DNA of 64,000 nucleotides, counting the filler, from Jimgerdemannia flammicorona (lineage: Eukaryota), in the NCBI GenBank assembly GCA_003990765.1. It is 3 parts of 3 records of this genome, joined end to end, with 100 filler letters (N's around TTAATTAATTAA, not from the genome) between each part and the next. Parts side by side here need not be neighbours in the genome. Positions count along the whole stretch, not along the records: positions 1 to 21,485 come from RBNJ01001440.1; positions 21,586 to 43,064 come from RBNJ01001441.1; 1 more part is not named here. One strand, 5' to 3'. Each line of letters starts with the position of its first letter. Position 1 is the stretch's first letter. The notes beneath the pieces were generated by a model. The model was not told the origin of the DNA and made no database searches. It saw only the letters and a program-made list of their open reading frames with translations. The translations under genes were made by a program, and so were the position numbers. Shown piece by piece: positions 11,351 to 22,455 of the stretch.

Positions 11351-13381
11351 ATGGCGACCAATGAGCATCCGGAGGTGCATACTGAGCAGGGTGGCCCTGG
11401 AGCATTTGAATAGCAGCAAGTGGGGAGAGGCCCCGGCTTGGAGGGAAGTGTGAGGGGCCTGCTGGTAGGGGGCCATGGTGGAGGAGGGGGCAGAGCTAGA
11501 GGTCAAGGGTCTGGCAGGGTGAGCTTTGTGGAGAAAGTGAAGGGGGGTCGGCAGGGAGCTGGACTGGAGAGCTGGCTGAGAGGGGGGAAGGTACCAGTGG
11601 TGGCTTCTAGGCAGCAACCTCTTGGGGGTACCTCTCTAGTGGGCCATAGGAGTGGAGCTGGGGGGGTAGCGGCTGGGGCAGAGACTGCTGATAGGGGTGT
11701 GACAGATGATCTGAAAAAAAATCTAGATGGGACTGCTGATGGTGAGCCAAGTGGTGGGAAGGGCATGAGGCCCGGGGACCTGGCGGATGGTGTAACAGGA
11801 CTAGCAGTGGCTCTGTTACTCAAGAAGTTGATCTCGGCATTCACAGTCACGCTGTGTTTCCGGGGCTTAGCAGTGATGGCAAAAATGGTATTGGGGCTTA
11901 TCGCTAAGCAGGTGGTGGGAGCAGCTTCGGTGAAGTTCCTGAAGGGACTGGAAGGGGTGGAGGTGGGATTTGAGGAGGTTGAACTGCTGGAGGAGGCGCT
12001 GAAGGTTGGGTTGGTGGTTGGGGAGGTGTGTGTTCCAATGGCGAGATGTCTGAAATGGGATCCGAGGGTGGTCCAATTGCTGGTGAAGGGAGTACCCACG
12101 GTGACGGCGATGGAGACGAGGAAGAGAGTGGAGGATGTCATGGCGGAGTATGGAGAGGTGGTGGATATTGGGTTCAGGGTCTGGGAAGGGACTACGCTCA
12201 GGACTGGGGATGTGGATGTGAGAATTTGGCTGGCTGGGAAAGAGGCTACTGGGAAGACGAGGGACTGGCCTTCAGTGTTGGTCTGGGGAGCTTTCCTGTG
12301 CAAGGTGACATGGGTGAAAGGAAGTGAAGAAGAGGAGGAGGATTTATTGGAAGTGCTAGTGGAGCTGGATGGGGCTGTGGAATGGTGAGCTAAGGCCTGG
12401 AAGACTTTCAAGGAGTCGACACTCCTGGAGGTGGTGGATGGAAAGAGGATTCAAGTAGACAAGGTGCAGTGGGAAAGAGCTCAGGGGCAGAAGAGGCAGA
12501 AGGATCTGCTGGCTAAGCTGGGGGGTGGACCACAGAAGGATGCGAGCATGAGGCTAGATGCAGAAGGGGCTGGAGCGAGTGTCTGGGCTGGTGAGAGGAG
12601 TGGGAATGATGGGGCAAAGTCAGGGAAGGCTAAGGAGGCGAAGATTAGTGACCTATATGCTGATGGCACCTTGGAGGTTTGGGATGAAGTCTGGGAGAAT
12701 TCCCCCACCCCTTCCCCTCTTATCAGGCATGGCCCGGCCTCCAGGAATAAGTCTGGGGAGGACGTGACAATGCTGGAGACCCTGTAGGTGAAATTCAGCA
12801 TTCCAGAGGTATTGGATGGGGACCAAGTAGTGGCAGCAGAGGAAGAGGAACTGGTGGATGTCCCGGAGGTATGGGATGAGGACGCGAGTGCAGGAGCTAA
12901 TACCACAATGCTGGATGGTAGGAGGCCGGCGACCCCTGGTGGAAAGGAGGTAGGGAACCTACTTTGGATGTGCCGAATGATGAATAACCTGGTGGCAGAA
13001 GAGATGGGGGAGGTGGACTTGTGTGGGATGGGTGACGAGCACTGGATGAGAATTTTGCAGGGGAAAGGAGTGGCGATGGTGCTGAAGGCAGAAATTCTCG
13101 CGGTGTATCTGGAGGAGAAAGGATATGAGGTGGATAAGGAGAGGGAGGTGGAGTTGGCAGTGGTCACTGGGGAGAAGGCTGAGTACTGTTGGAACAGACA
13201 TCATGGATTGCAGCTTTGGCAGGAGGCTTGCATCGAGTACCAAGAGGAGTTTGAGGAGAAGGCTGATGAGGAGATGAATGAGCTGTTGGCTGGACTGGAG
13301 GCTCAGAGGGCTGAAGAGGATGAGGTGATGGCTGAACATAATCTGGACATGGCACAGGAGGAGAGGGGCATGGAACAGTAG
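11351..13381 (+). pseudogene. LINE-B ORF1 (RRM-like region, acidic C-terminus), with in-frame stops
   Basis: ORF pieces 11420-12388, 12431-12787 and 12788-13381 share one frame with the ATG at 11351. VKGVP..YGEVVDI..RTGD is typical of LINE ORF1. Confidence 0.75.
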
Positions 13382-13411
13382 GGATTGATTGAGAATAAAC
13401 CGTATTTTACT

Positions 13412-16400
13412 ATGAACAGTATAACCAACATTTTTTCTTTGAATGTGAATGGGCTGAGGGGCACGGTTTGATGCAGGAACATTTTTATTTGGTTGAAGGG
13501 ATTGGAGGCCAATCTCTTTCTCTTGCAGGATGTCAGGTGCGAGGATGATGCTGATAGGATGGAATGGACTAAGAAATGGGGTGGTATGGCAACTTGGAAC
13601 AGCAAGGTCGGGATTCTGGTTCGGAAAGGCAGAGGAGAGATAAAGGATGTGAGGAGCTGGGGGGAGAGACTGGTCTGGGGTGAGTGGATTCGTGCAGGTT
13701 GGGAGCCGGTCACCATTGGCTCCTGTTACTGCCCTACTATGTGGGGAGAGCATGTGGATTGGGTGAAAGGGCTCCTGGAGAGTGGGATCCTTGCTGAAGC
13801 TGGATTGGATATGCTTGGAGGAGATTTCAATATGGTTCGGGATGTACAGCTGGATAGAACTGATGGAGGACGGGGTGCGGAGAGCAGGAGTGGGGGGTTA
13901 GCGATGTGGGAGGAGGTTGAATAGCTAGAAGCACTGGTGGATGCTGGTAGGGAGCACTGGGGGGACAGGAGGGTATACATATACGCATTGGGCTGGAGGT
14001 CTGGGGACAAGGATTGACTGGATTCTGACAGCCGACTGTTGGGGCTGTGATGTTTGGAAGGTGGTAGAGGTAGAATGGTATCCATGGTTGGATCACTGGG
14101 GCCTCTTGGGACAGGGGTGTTTTGGGGGAAGTAGGGATGGGCCTGGATATTGGCACCTAAATTCCTCCTTATTGGATGATGAGGCCCGGTGGGAGGAGTG
14201 GGCGAAAGACATTCAGCTGAAGGTGGTGAATTGGTGGCAGGAAGGGGCCACGATTGGGGTTTGGTAGATGAGAATGAAAGAGATGGCCAGGATGTATTGG
14301 AGCAAGGCTGGCAGAGTGGCTGGGAAGCAGTGAAGGCAGAAAGTGTGTTGGGCTTCTACTAGATTGGCTAGGCTCCTGAAGGAGTGGGCAAGACTGGTGG
14401 CAGTGGAGGGAGAAGAGGATTGGAGAATAATGAGGATGAGGATGGAGGTGGGGGAACTGCAACAGGTGCTGCGGGAAGAGGAAGAGTCAAGGGTGCAAGG
14501 CCTGGTGGCACGGCTTCATTGGCAGGAGCTGGAGGAAGGGGAGAGGCCTTCCAAGTTTCTCACAAGGACACTTCGAGCAAGAAGGGCACAGCAGTGGTGG
14601 GAAGGGGTACTTGGCTCAGATGATATACTAGTACATGGTGTACAGGACATCCTTGGAACACTGAAGGCACAATGGAGTGGATTGTGGAGTGAGGAGGAGG
14701 GTGGGGTGGATGCTACAGCCATTGACCAAACATTAGAAGATTGGCACCCGCCACAAGCTGAGGGACTAGGTGACCTGGTGATGTCTGTAAAGGAGGACAA
14801 GATCTATCAGGTTCTTGCTGCAACAGCCTTGGGTACAGCGCCTGGGGAGGATGGCCTCCCTTGGGACTTCTGGAAGTAAATGGTTGGAGTCCCAGACATA
14901 TTGGGGGAGTTGACAGCACTGTGTGACTCTATATTGCAGTCAGGGAGATGGGTGGGAGAGCAAGACCTTGGGCTAGTGACACTGCTTTATAAGAACAAGG
15001 GAAGGTGAGAGGATTGGAAGAACTGGCAGCCAATAATGTTGCTAGATATGGACAGGAAGTTGGTGACTAAGGTGGTGGACACAAGGCTACAGAAGGTAGC
15101 CCAGCAAATTGTGGGTGTTGAGCAGAGGGGCTTCATAGGGGGTTGGCTTATTAGAGATGGCATGGCCTGGGTACATGGAGTTATTGAAGGTGCTCAAGCC
15201 TGTGGACTAGATGGGCATCTTGTCTTCTTGGATCAGGAGAAGGCTTATGACCGGGTGTGGCGAGTCTGGCTGGCGAAAGTATTAGATAGAATTGGAGTTC
15301 TGGGCCCATTTCGGTTGGCAATGGTCAGCCTACTGGAAAGGAGTAGGGCTGCGCTCATGTGCAATGGGCACAGAGGGGTGGCTTTCCCTCTGGGTAGGGG
15401 AGTGCCCCAGGGGGACCCACTGTCCCCCATTTTGTATACTCTTTCCTTGGAACCTCTGATGGACAGGATTCAGCAGAAGATTGTGGGGCTCTCTATCTAT
15501 GGCATTGGCTGGAAGGTTGGAGCCTTTGCAGATGACATGGTGGTTGGTTTGGAAGTGACTGCGGATGTCAAGGAGCTCCAGAAGACAGTGGAGTGGTATG
15601 AGGAGAACTCTGGGGCGAAGCTGAATTGGCACAAGTGTGAAACAATGGTACTGGGCAATGGCTTGGTGGGTGGAGAAGTTATTGGAACAATTGTCCCCAC
15701 CGGAGAGGCAGTGTGGTACTTGGGCATCTATTTGTCAGTCTATGGGTCTGTTTTGTCCAGGCTGTGGTGGGAGCAGAGGATTGGAATTTGGGAGGAGGAC
15801 CTGCAGGGTTGGGGGGGTCGACACTTCTCTCTGGTAGGAAGGATCTCGATTTTGAATGTATACTGGCTGCCAAAGCTGTGGTATTTGGCCTATCATCTGG
15901 ACTTCCCAGCCTAGGTAGTGAGGAGATTGGTGAAGGTGGCCAAGGGATGGATTTGGGCTGGCAGACAAAGTCAGATTGGTTGGGAGACTTTGTCTCTACT
16001 GGGGCGAGAGGTGGTCTTGAGCTGGTGGACTTCCCCAAATGCCTACACTACTTGAGGGCTTGGTGGCTGAGGAGGGCAGTGGAGTTGCATGGAGGGGGCT
16101 GGGTCCCCCTGCTGCAGAAGATATGGGAGAGGCAGACATTACCTAGAGGCTTGACTAGTGATCTTCTTTCATTGGTTGGGCTTCAGAACACTGCACAATT
16201 GAGATATAAAGGCTTCTGGTGGGGGATAGCCAAGGGGGCACACCACATTGGTATTTGCTGGCAAGGGGATGAGGGGGAGAGGGCTTGGGACCCGGCAATG
16301 TGGAGATGAGATAGCATTCTTCTGGAGGGCATGCCTTTACTGGAGTTCAACATTAGTGATGGCATCAAATGCCAAAGGGGTCCAGGCCAGGATCTGTGGC

Positions 16401-17060
16401 CTAGTGGTTGGCAAGGAGTTGGAATTGGTGAGGAGTGGGACTGGCATGGGGTTTGGACCTGGAGTGCTACAGTGAAAAATTAGATACCGCCGAAGTACTG
16501 GGTAGTCTGGTGGCATATACTGAGGAGAAATGTGATGCTTAACTTCTGCTCAGGACACCTTGTTGTAGGGGGCTGCTTTGACTGTGAGGAGTGCCATAAT
16601 GTTGAGCAGGAAGGGAGATTGATACAGATGCCGGAACATTGGCTAGGGGAGTGTGAGGTGTTGAGAGACTTTTGGCAGGCCATTGGGGACTGCTTGGGGG
16701 TAAGGCGTAGGGGTGATGATGTACAGGGGAGGTGGGAGGACCTGAGGGATCAATTGATAGGAGGGGTTGGGGAAGAGTGGATTACTCTAGACTGGGTGTT
16801 GGCTATTTGGGTTGGGCTGGCCGGATACTGGCTATTTGTATTTGAGGAGGAGAAGTAACTGAGCTTGGGGAGCCAGTTAGCAAGGTGGCAGTTCCTTATG
16901 GAGGATACCTTGACAGGCTGGTAGCTTGATTGGGAGCTGCAGGGGGGTCAGAGGTGCCACTTGGTGGTGAAAATCTGTGGGCAGAGTGGTGGGAGAGTTA
17001 GAGTTATTGGTGAGAGGGTGGTCTTTATACATGACGAGGTGGGGTGGGGCCACCCGGTGG
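13412..17060 (+). pseudogene. LINE-B ORF2 (AP endonuclease, RT, C-terminal Cys/His), with stops and frameshifts
   Basis: SLNVNGL, LLQD, GGDFN, RIDWIL, DH; APGEDGLP; FLDQEKAYDRV, GVPQGDPLSPILY, FADD; CFDCEEC..EHWLGEC. The 3' end coordinate is approximate. Confidence 0.92.
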
Positions 17061-17162
17061 GGATCGGATAGTTGGTGGTGATATTGTATACTTATTCATA
17101 GACTGGTAATAAAGATGGATTCCAAGAGACTAAAAAAAAAAAAAAAAAACAGACCATTCTAC

Positions 17163-18535
17163 TCTTGCCTAGCTATTCCACACTCTGCACCCCAAAGGAA
17201 TATATGCCAGATGGATCTACAGGCTGCAAGAGTATGACTGTACTGTCAAGCACCACTTAGGAAAGACCAATACCAATACCGATGCACTCTCAAGGACATC
17301 CTGAAACACCCCCATCAAGACTATTCAACATAAATAAGGAGCTATACTATGGATTAATCAGCTATCTTGGGCAGTGGAAGATGCCCAACTACCTCGAACC
17401 CTGGACAATCACCATCATCAACCGGACTTGGAAACAGTTTGAATTAGACAACACTACACTCAGAAAAGGAGGAAAGCTAGTAATACCCGAATACAAGAAG
17501 TATCAAGTAATGAAGGAAGTACATGAGCAAGGACACTTAGAAGGAACCAACACATATGACAAGGCAAGAAGAACCATGTAGTGGCCCAAGATGGAAGAAG
17601 ACCTATGCCAATTTGTCAAAGGGTGTGACAAGTGCCAAAAACAGAAATAAGATCAGCAAGACCAGGCACCCAGGTCATCAAGAATTGAGCCTATCTCCTT
17701 CCACCACATTACAATGGATATCATTGGACCACTACCAGTAACACTATCAGGAAACCGCTATATTATAGTTATTATAGACCTCTTCACCAAATGGATAGAG
17801 GCAGGAGCATTACAAGAAGCCAATGCCCTCTCTATAGCTGACTTCCTGCACCGAGAAATCATCTGCCGCTACAAGACACCAAAGCAAATCACAACAGACC
17901 ACGGAACAGAATTTGTCAATGGATTCCATGAGATAATGTATCAGAAATACAAGATCCAGCACATCAAGACCACCATGTACCACTCTCAAGGAAATAGACA
18001 GACAGAGAGAACCAACAAGACCCTCAAGAACATCCTAGCAAAGATCTCAGAGACATATGAGAATTGGGATAACTATCTCCCAACTGCCCTCTCTGTCCTA
18101 TGAGACATATGGTCACAGAGCACACATTTTACCCCAAGAGAGCTGCTCTTCGGAGAAGAAGATTCTGATGGAATCTCAGCTACAAATCTAGACCTAACTT
18201 GGAGATGGGTTGATGCAGAAATCTGGAGACTATACCAAATCAGGAAGAAGGCTGAAGATTACATCACCAAGTCACAAGCACTGACAAGGAAGAATGTGGA
18301 AAAGAATCACAAGGTCCTAGAACCCATCCGAATTGGAGAAAAGGTTCTACTGTATCGAAATATGGTAGAAGCCTCATGGTCATGAAAACTGGAGCCCAAA
18401 TGGAAAGGACCCTTCTATGTGCAAGATATCAAGAGAACTACCTTCTGGCTTAGAAAAATCTCAGGGACCATACTGCCTACTACAGTACATAGGAACAGAC
18501 TCAAGAAGAACCATGAATCTATACAAGAGAAGTAA
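17163..18535 (+). pseudogene. gypsy-2 RNase H end and integrase
   Basis: H..GH..C..C zinc finger, MDIIGPLP, IDLFTKW, TDHGTEF, YHSQGNRQTERTN, and KLEPKWKGPF (GPY/F motif). No chromodomain seen. Confidence 0.92.
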
Positions 18536-18890
18536 AACATGATGACCACCTGCAAGATTCTAGTCCACGAATTGTAACAGCATGTCCTGTGACCAGCAGG
18601 CTATCTGTCTGGACCATTCTCTAAGAGATACAGCACTGGCAACTACTCATCTGTGAGACTTTTGAAGTCAGAGGAGTTCAAACCATCAACTGATTGGTCA
18701 AGATCAGAATCAGGCCATTGCTCTATATGAAGGGAGCGACCCTTCACTATTATGCCAAAATACAAAGGGAAGACACCAGCCTATAAACACTAGTTTTCGA
18801 CCCCTTGCCAGAGGTAATGGGATCAGCAAATTTTTCAGGACTGGACCAATGAATAAGAATGCTCAGGAAGATCCTTATTCAGGAGAAAGA

Positions 18891-20408
18891 TATAACAGTG
18901 ACCCCAGAATGATGACATCAGCACAGGAGACAGCCTTTTATTGCAAGCCACCAGATCGGAGCACAAGAAGATTATACAGCATATGAGATGAGCAATGATG
19001 ACCAACTGTGAGTTATTGTGACCACAGCACAAGCATCCTGAAGAATATAAAAGAAGGATCAAGGAACTGCAGTAGCAGCAACCAACAAGAACCACTAATC
19101 CCAAAATAGCTCAAAGACTTATCACAAATGAAATGCCTGCTACCTGCCAAACCTCAAGGTCAAGAAATCACCAAGGTATCTCAGTCGAGGAAAGAATGTT
19201 CCAAGACATCAGAAGAGTCATGGGGACCTGCTCAAGAAGGACTCCTAGTGTTAACCTGGGTACTGCAGACCCTTACCACTTTATTCTCTACTGTCATGAA
19301 ATGGAAACAAGGATCACCATTGCTACCAAATGCCTCCAAATGTGGCAGGAGTATGAAATAGGAAATCTCCTCTGCCGGGAGTTCCCAGAGGCCAGCACCC
19401 AAGAGCTACAAGATGTCACTTCCATGGATATATGCGAAACAAGGACAGCTAAGAAGATCCATCAGATCTTCAGGCATGCACCATGGTTGATCCCTAACTT
19501 AGAGTATGTTAGAGTCTCAGACTTCAGAGATCTATTATCCTGCTGAGTCAATGTACTAGAAGCCAGGGTGGCTACAGAAGCCCAGTCCACTATCACCCTC
19601 AACAGTGAAGAAGTAGAAGACTTCTGGCACCCTATCCTTCAGGACAACCCAGATCAATTCCTGCAAGGATTGATCTCAGTATTCCATGGCCCAAGCATCC
19701 GGATTAGATCTCTACAAGACCCCACATTTGTTCCTTATTTTGTAGAAAAGAACCTCATAGACTGGAGAGCTCCAGACCTTGTCCCTGATTTCTCTGCCAC
19801 AGCCAAATATGATGACATCATCGATGACATCATCCCGCATGACATACCTGAAGCACATGAAGTATGCAAAACGTGTGACCTACATAACGAATTCATGGAT
19901 CTCATCTCCTTCAGTAATGATAATGATGAAGCCCCCATGATCCTGAACTTTCTGCTCTAAGTTCTTTGTTACACTGGATAATGCCAGCACCAGTATTCTC
20001 ATGTAATACTGGATAATGCCAGCACTGGTATTCTGAGGTGACACGAAATTGTTCCAGGACCAGCATTTTGATGTGACACTAAATAATGCCAGCCTTGGAA
20101 CTTAGTAGTTTTAGTTATTGGAATTTATATTTAGCTTTATATCTTAGCAACCATTGAATTATATTTTTGTATAAATACCCCTCTTATTTTCTCTGAAATA
20201 AAGTCAGTTCTTCTCAGTGCAATACACACTTCCTTGCAAGCAATCTAAGAGATAACAAGACAGTTTAAAGATAAGAAGTTTGAGGACTATAAGACCTTGG
20301 AAAGGTACTCCAATAAGAACTTGCTTATAACAAACTTGAGTTAGTCTAAGAGATATACCTTGAAGAGAATCTGGTATATTTGAAGGACTCAGTGACCACT
20401 ACATAACA
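18891..20408 (+). repeat. 3' LTR of gypsy-2 (1518 bp)
   Basis: Colinear with the 5' LTR. The 32-bp length difference equals +35 (extra repeat unit) +2 -5 indels. Confidence 0.95.
19133..19960 (+). pseudogene. LTR-encoded ORF, 3' LTR copy (275 codons, single TGA at 19544)
   Basis: 19133-19546 and 19568-19960 are in the same frame, separated by one TGA where the 5' LTR has CAA (ancestral CGA inferred). Confidence 0.8.
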
Positions 20409-20412
20409 CTAT

Positions 20413-21450
20413 ATACTCCATCAAATGCAACTTCAAGTCTCCCTAATAATCCTCCTCCCCACTCTCTCACCTCTATACCCTCAAGTAACTACTAACTAAT
20501 CTCAGAAGTTCTCAAGAATCTTAAAACTTCTCTCCTATTCTTCATTATAGCACTCTTTGCAATTTAACACCCCCCATCAACCAAATGATCTGAATAAAAG
20601 TTCAACATAATATTTCTCCTTAGTATATATCACTATATCACTCAAAACTTCAGAGAAAGTCAATGCTATACCTCAGCACTCTAAGATTAGATACTAGCTC
20701 AGTTCTACTCCTTACTAATATCTGCTGACTACTAGCCAACTGGTCACAAATCCTGACCTATTCTATATTAGTACTTTACTCTAGCACTAATATCAAAGTT
20801 TATCAGAAGAGAGCTACTCAGCAGGAGTCTATTCTATCTCTACATTGCTAGATCCCACTATATTTCTCCTTTAGTACTCTGCTAATATAGACTAATATAA
20901 TGAGTACTATCTACTACCTCTTACCAGAATTTCTTAAACTATAAGTACTAACTATCATCTATATCTTCTATATCAAAGACATCTATTTACTATCATACAT
21001 ATAACTCAATAGCTCTCTTCAATTACTATGCTCTAAGATAGTATAGTCTCTTCAGGAAGTATATTAGACCAATACCTCCCCTGGCCACTAGAGTTATCAA
21101 GACCTCTCAATTTATCTAACTACTCCTCTCAGCCTAAAGCCAGTCCTTCATCATCTTTAACAATCTCTTCATTACTTATGTAAAAAAGTCCAAATAATAT
21201 ACTAAGTACCAGAGCTTCAGTAATCAATAGATATTCAGAATCAATATCTACCCAATAAGAGAAATATGATAGTCTCTCTAACTCTGAAAGATATCTCCCC
21301 ATTCTACTATCTTTCTCTCTCACTATACTTTAGATAAGACTGATCTATATACTGATAGATAGACTCAAAAACCACACAGTCTCTCCCATAGGGACAATAG
21401 ATCTAATAATATCTCTACTGATCAAACTATTTTCCAATATAATTATTTTA
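20413..21450 (-). mobile_element. LINE-A ORF2 C-terminal part (heavily mutated older relative of LINE-B)
   Basis: Minus-strand LNFYSDHLVDGGC..CKECYNEE matches LINE-B LNFCSGHLVVGGCFDCEECHNVE. IILENSLISRDIIRSIVPMGETVWFL matches LINE-B MVLGNGLVGGEVIGTIVPTGEAVWYL. Confidence 0.85.
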
Positions 21451-21485
21451 TACTTTTTTTTTTTATTTTTATTTTTTTTTTTTTT

Positions 21486-21585
21486 NNNNNNNNNNNNNNN
21501 NNNNNNNNNNNNNNNNNNNNNNNNNNNNNTTAATTAATTAANNNNNNNNNNNNNNNNNNNNNNNNNNNNNNNNNNNNNNNNNNNN
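21486..21585. other. Assembly gap with TTAATTAATTAA linker
   Basis: N run with an embedded all-frame stop linker. Confidence 0.98.
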
Positions 21586-21644
21586 AAAAAAAAAAAAAAT
21601 CCTTGACGCCACAAACTGCTCTTCTCTCACCCATCTACCCACCT

Positions 21645-22455
21645 CCTCAGCATTCCCGCGAGCCTAAAGAGCTGGACGACGTTCCTGATGCCGAGCAGGA
21701 TGGCGTCGAGGATGGCCTCCTCGCGCTCGGCGACAGAGCAGCCCGTGGAGATGACAATCAGGGTGATGCAGCAAAGCAGGACCAGTATCAGGTCTATCAG
21801 GTTCCATTTCGAGGCCCAGTAATTCTGTGGAGAGTTCGTGGTTATCGGTGAGGACTAGGAATGAGAGGGAGAATGAGAGGTGTTTTCAAAAGCGTACCCG
21901 TCCCAGCGCCAGTACCCTGACGGCAACCTCGATAATCATAGCGAGATTGATGATGGACTCGAGAGCAATAAAGAGGAGGGTCGGGCTGCAGTGAGGGTTG
22001 TGGGAGGGTGAGAGTCAAAGTCAAAGTCACGTACATCAGAGACTAGTCCGATAGGTTCCTTGTTGGGTACTCACCAGGTATCCTTTATTGACTGCGCGAT
22101 GACATAACAATATCAAAAAAAAAAAAAAATGGTGAGGTTTTTCGGTCTTTTTCGAGACTCGTGCTCCCTCCCCTCCCCTCCCCCTTACGTACCAGTACGA
22201 TGGACACCAAGCTCATGACTGCCATGGCAGAATATAACATGATATAAAACTTCGAGTACATGAGCCTGTTGGCGACCCCCTGAATGATCTCGGAGCGGGT
22301 GAGGCCGTACTGGGTACGGAGGGTGGGGACGTCACTGTAGGGAGGTGAGAGAGAATGAGTTTGAGCGGAATATTACGTATGTATGCGTGAATTACGTACT
22401 CGTAGTTCGTGGCCGGGGCGAGGAAGCGCGCGTTGTCGTCTATGTTGAAGGCCAT
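21645..22455 (-). CDS. Spliced 4-TM ion-transport / voltage-sensor-like membrane protein (3' end lost in gap)
   Basis: Five GT-AG exons reconstruct MAFNIDDNARFLAPATNY-DVPTLRTQYGLTRSEIIQGVANRLMYSKFYIMLYSAMAVMSLVSIVL-SIKDTC-PTLLFIALESIINLAMIIEVAVRVLALGR-NYWASKWNLIDLILVLLCCITLIV..LLGIRNVVQLFRLAGMLRR. S2 E..E..R, S3 WN.ID and an Arg-containing S4 pattern are present. Confidence 0.75.

Larger units (their letters stand above)
11268..17149 (+). mobile_element. Full-length L1/Tx1-type non-LTR retrotransposon (LINE-B) inserted in gypsy-2 RNase H
   Basis: ~16-bp TSD AAACAGACCATTCT(G/A)C (11252-11267 / 17147-17162), AATAAA plus poly(A) at 17108-17149, ORF1 and ORF2. The insertion splits the RNase H motif TDHSAL. 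Confidence 0.95.
5857..20408 (+). mobile_element. Full-length degenerate Ty3/gypsy LTR retrotransposon (gypsy-2) with dUTPase and LTR-encoded ORF
   Basis: Paired ~1.5-kb LTRs, 4-bp TSD CTAT (5853-5856 / 20409-20412), PBS at 7346, PPT AGGAGAAAGA at 18881-18890, and gag-PR-DUT-RT-RH-IN order. Confidence 0.96.

Noticed and set aside
11503..13753. Long antisense ORFs (302, 228, 264 aa) in LINE-B
   Set aside because: The C-rich antisense strand is poor in stop codons; products are S/P/T low complexity with no motifs.
21530..21541. TTAATTAATTAA palindrome inside N runs (also 43109-43120)
   Set aside because: Artificial scaffolding linker, identical in both gaps.
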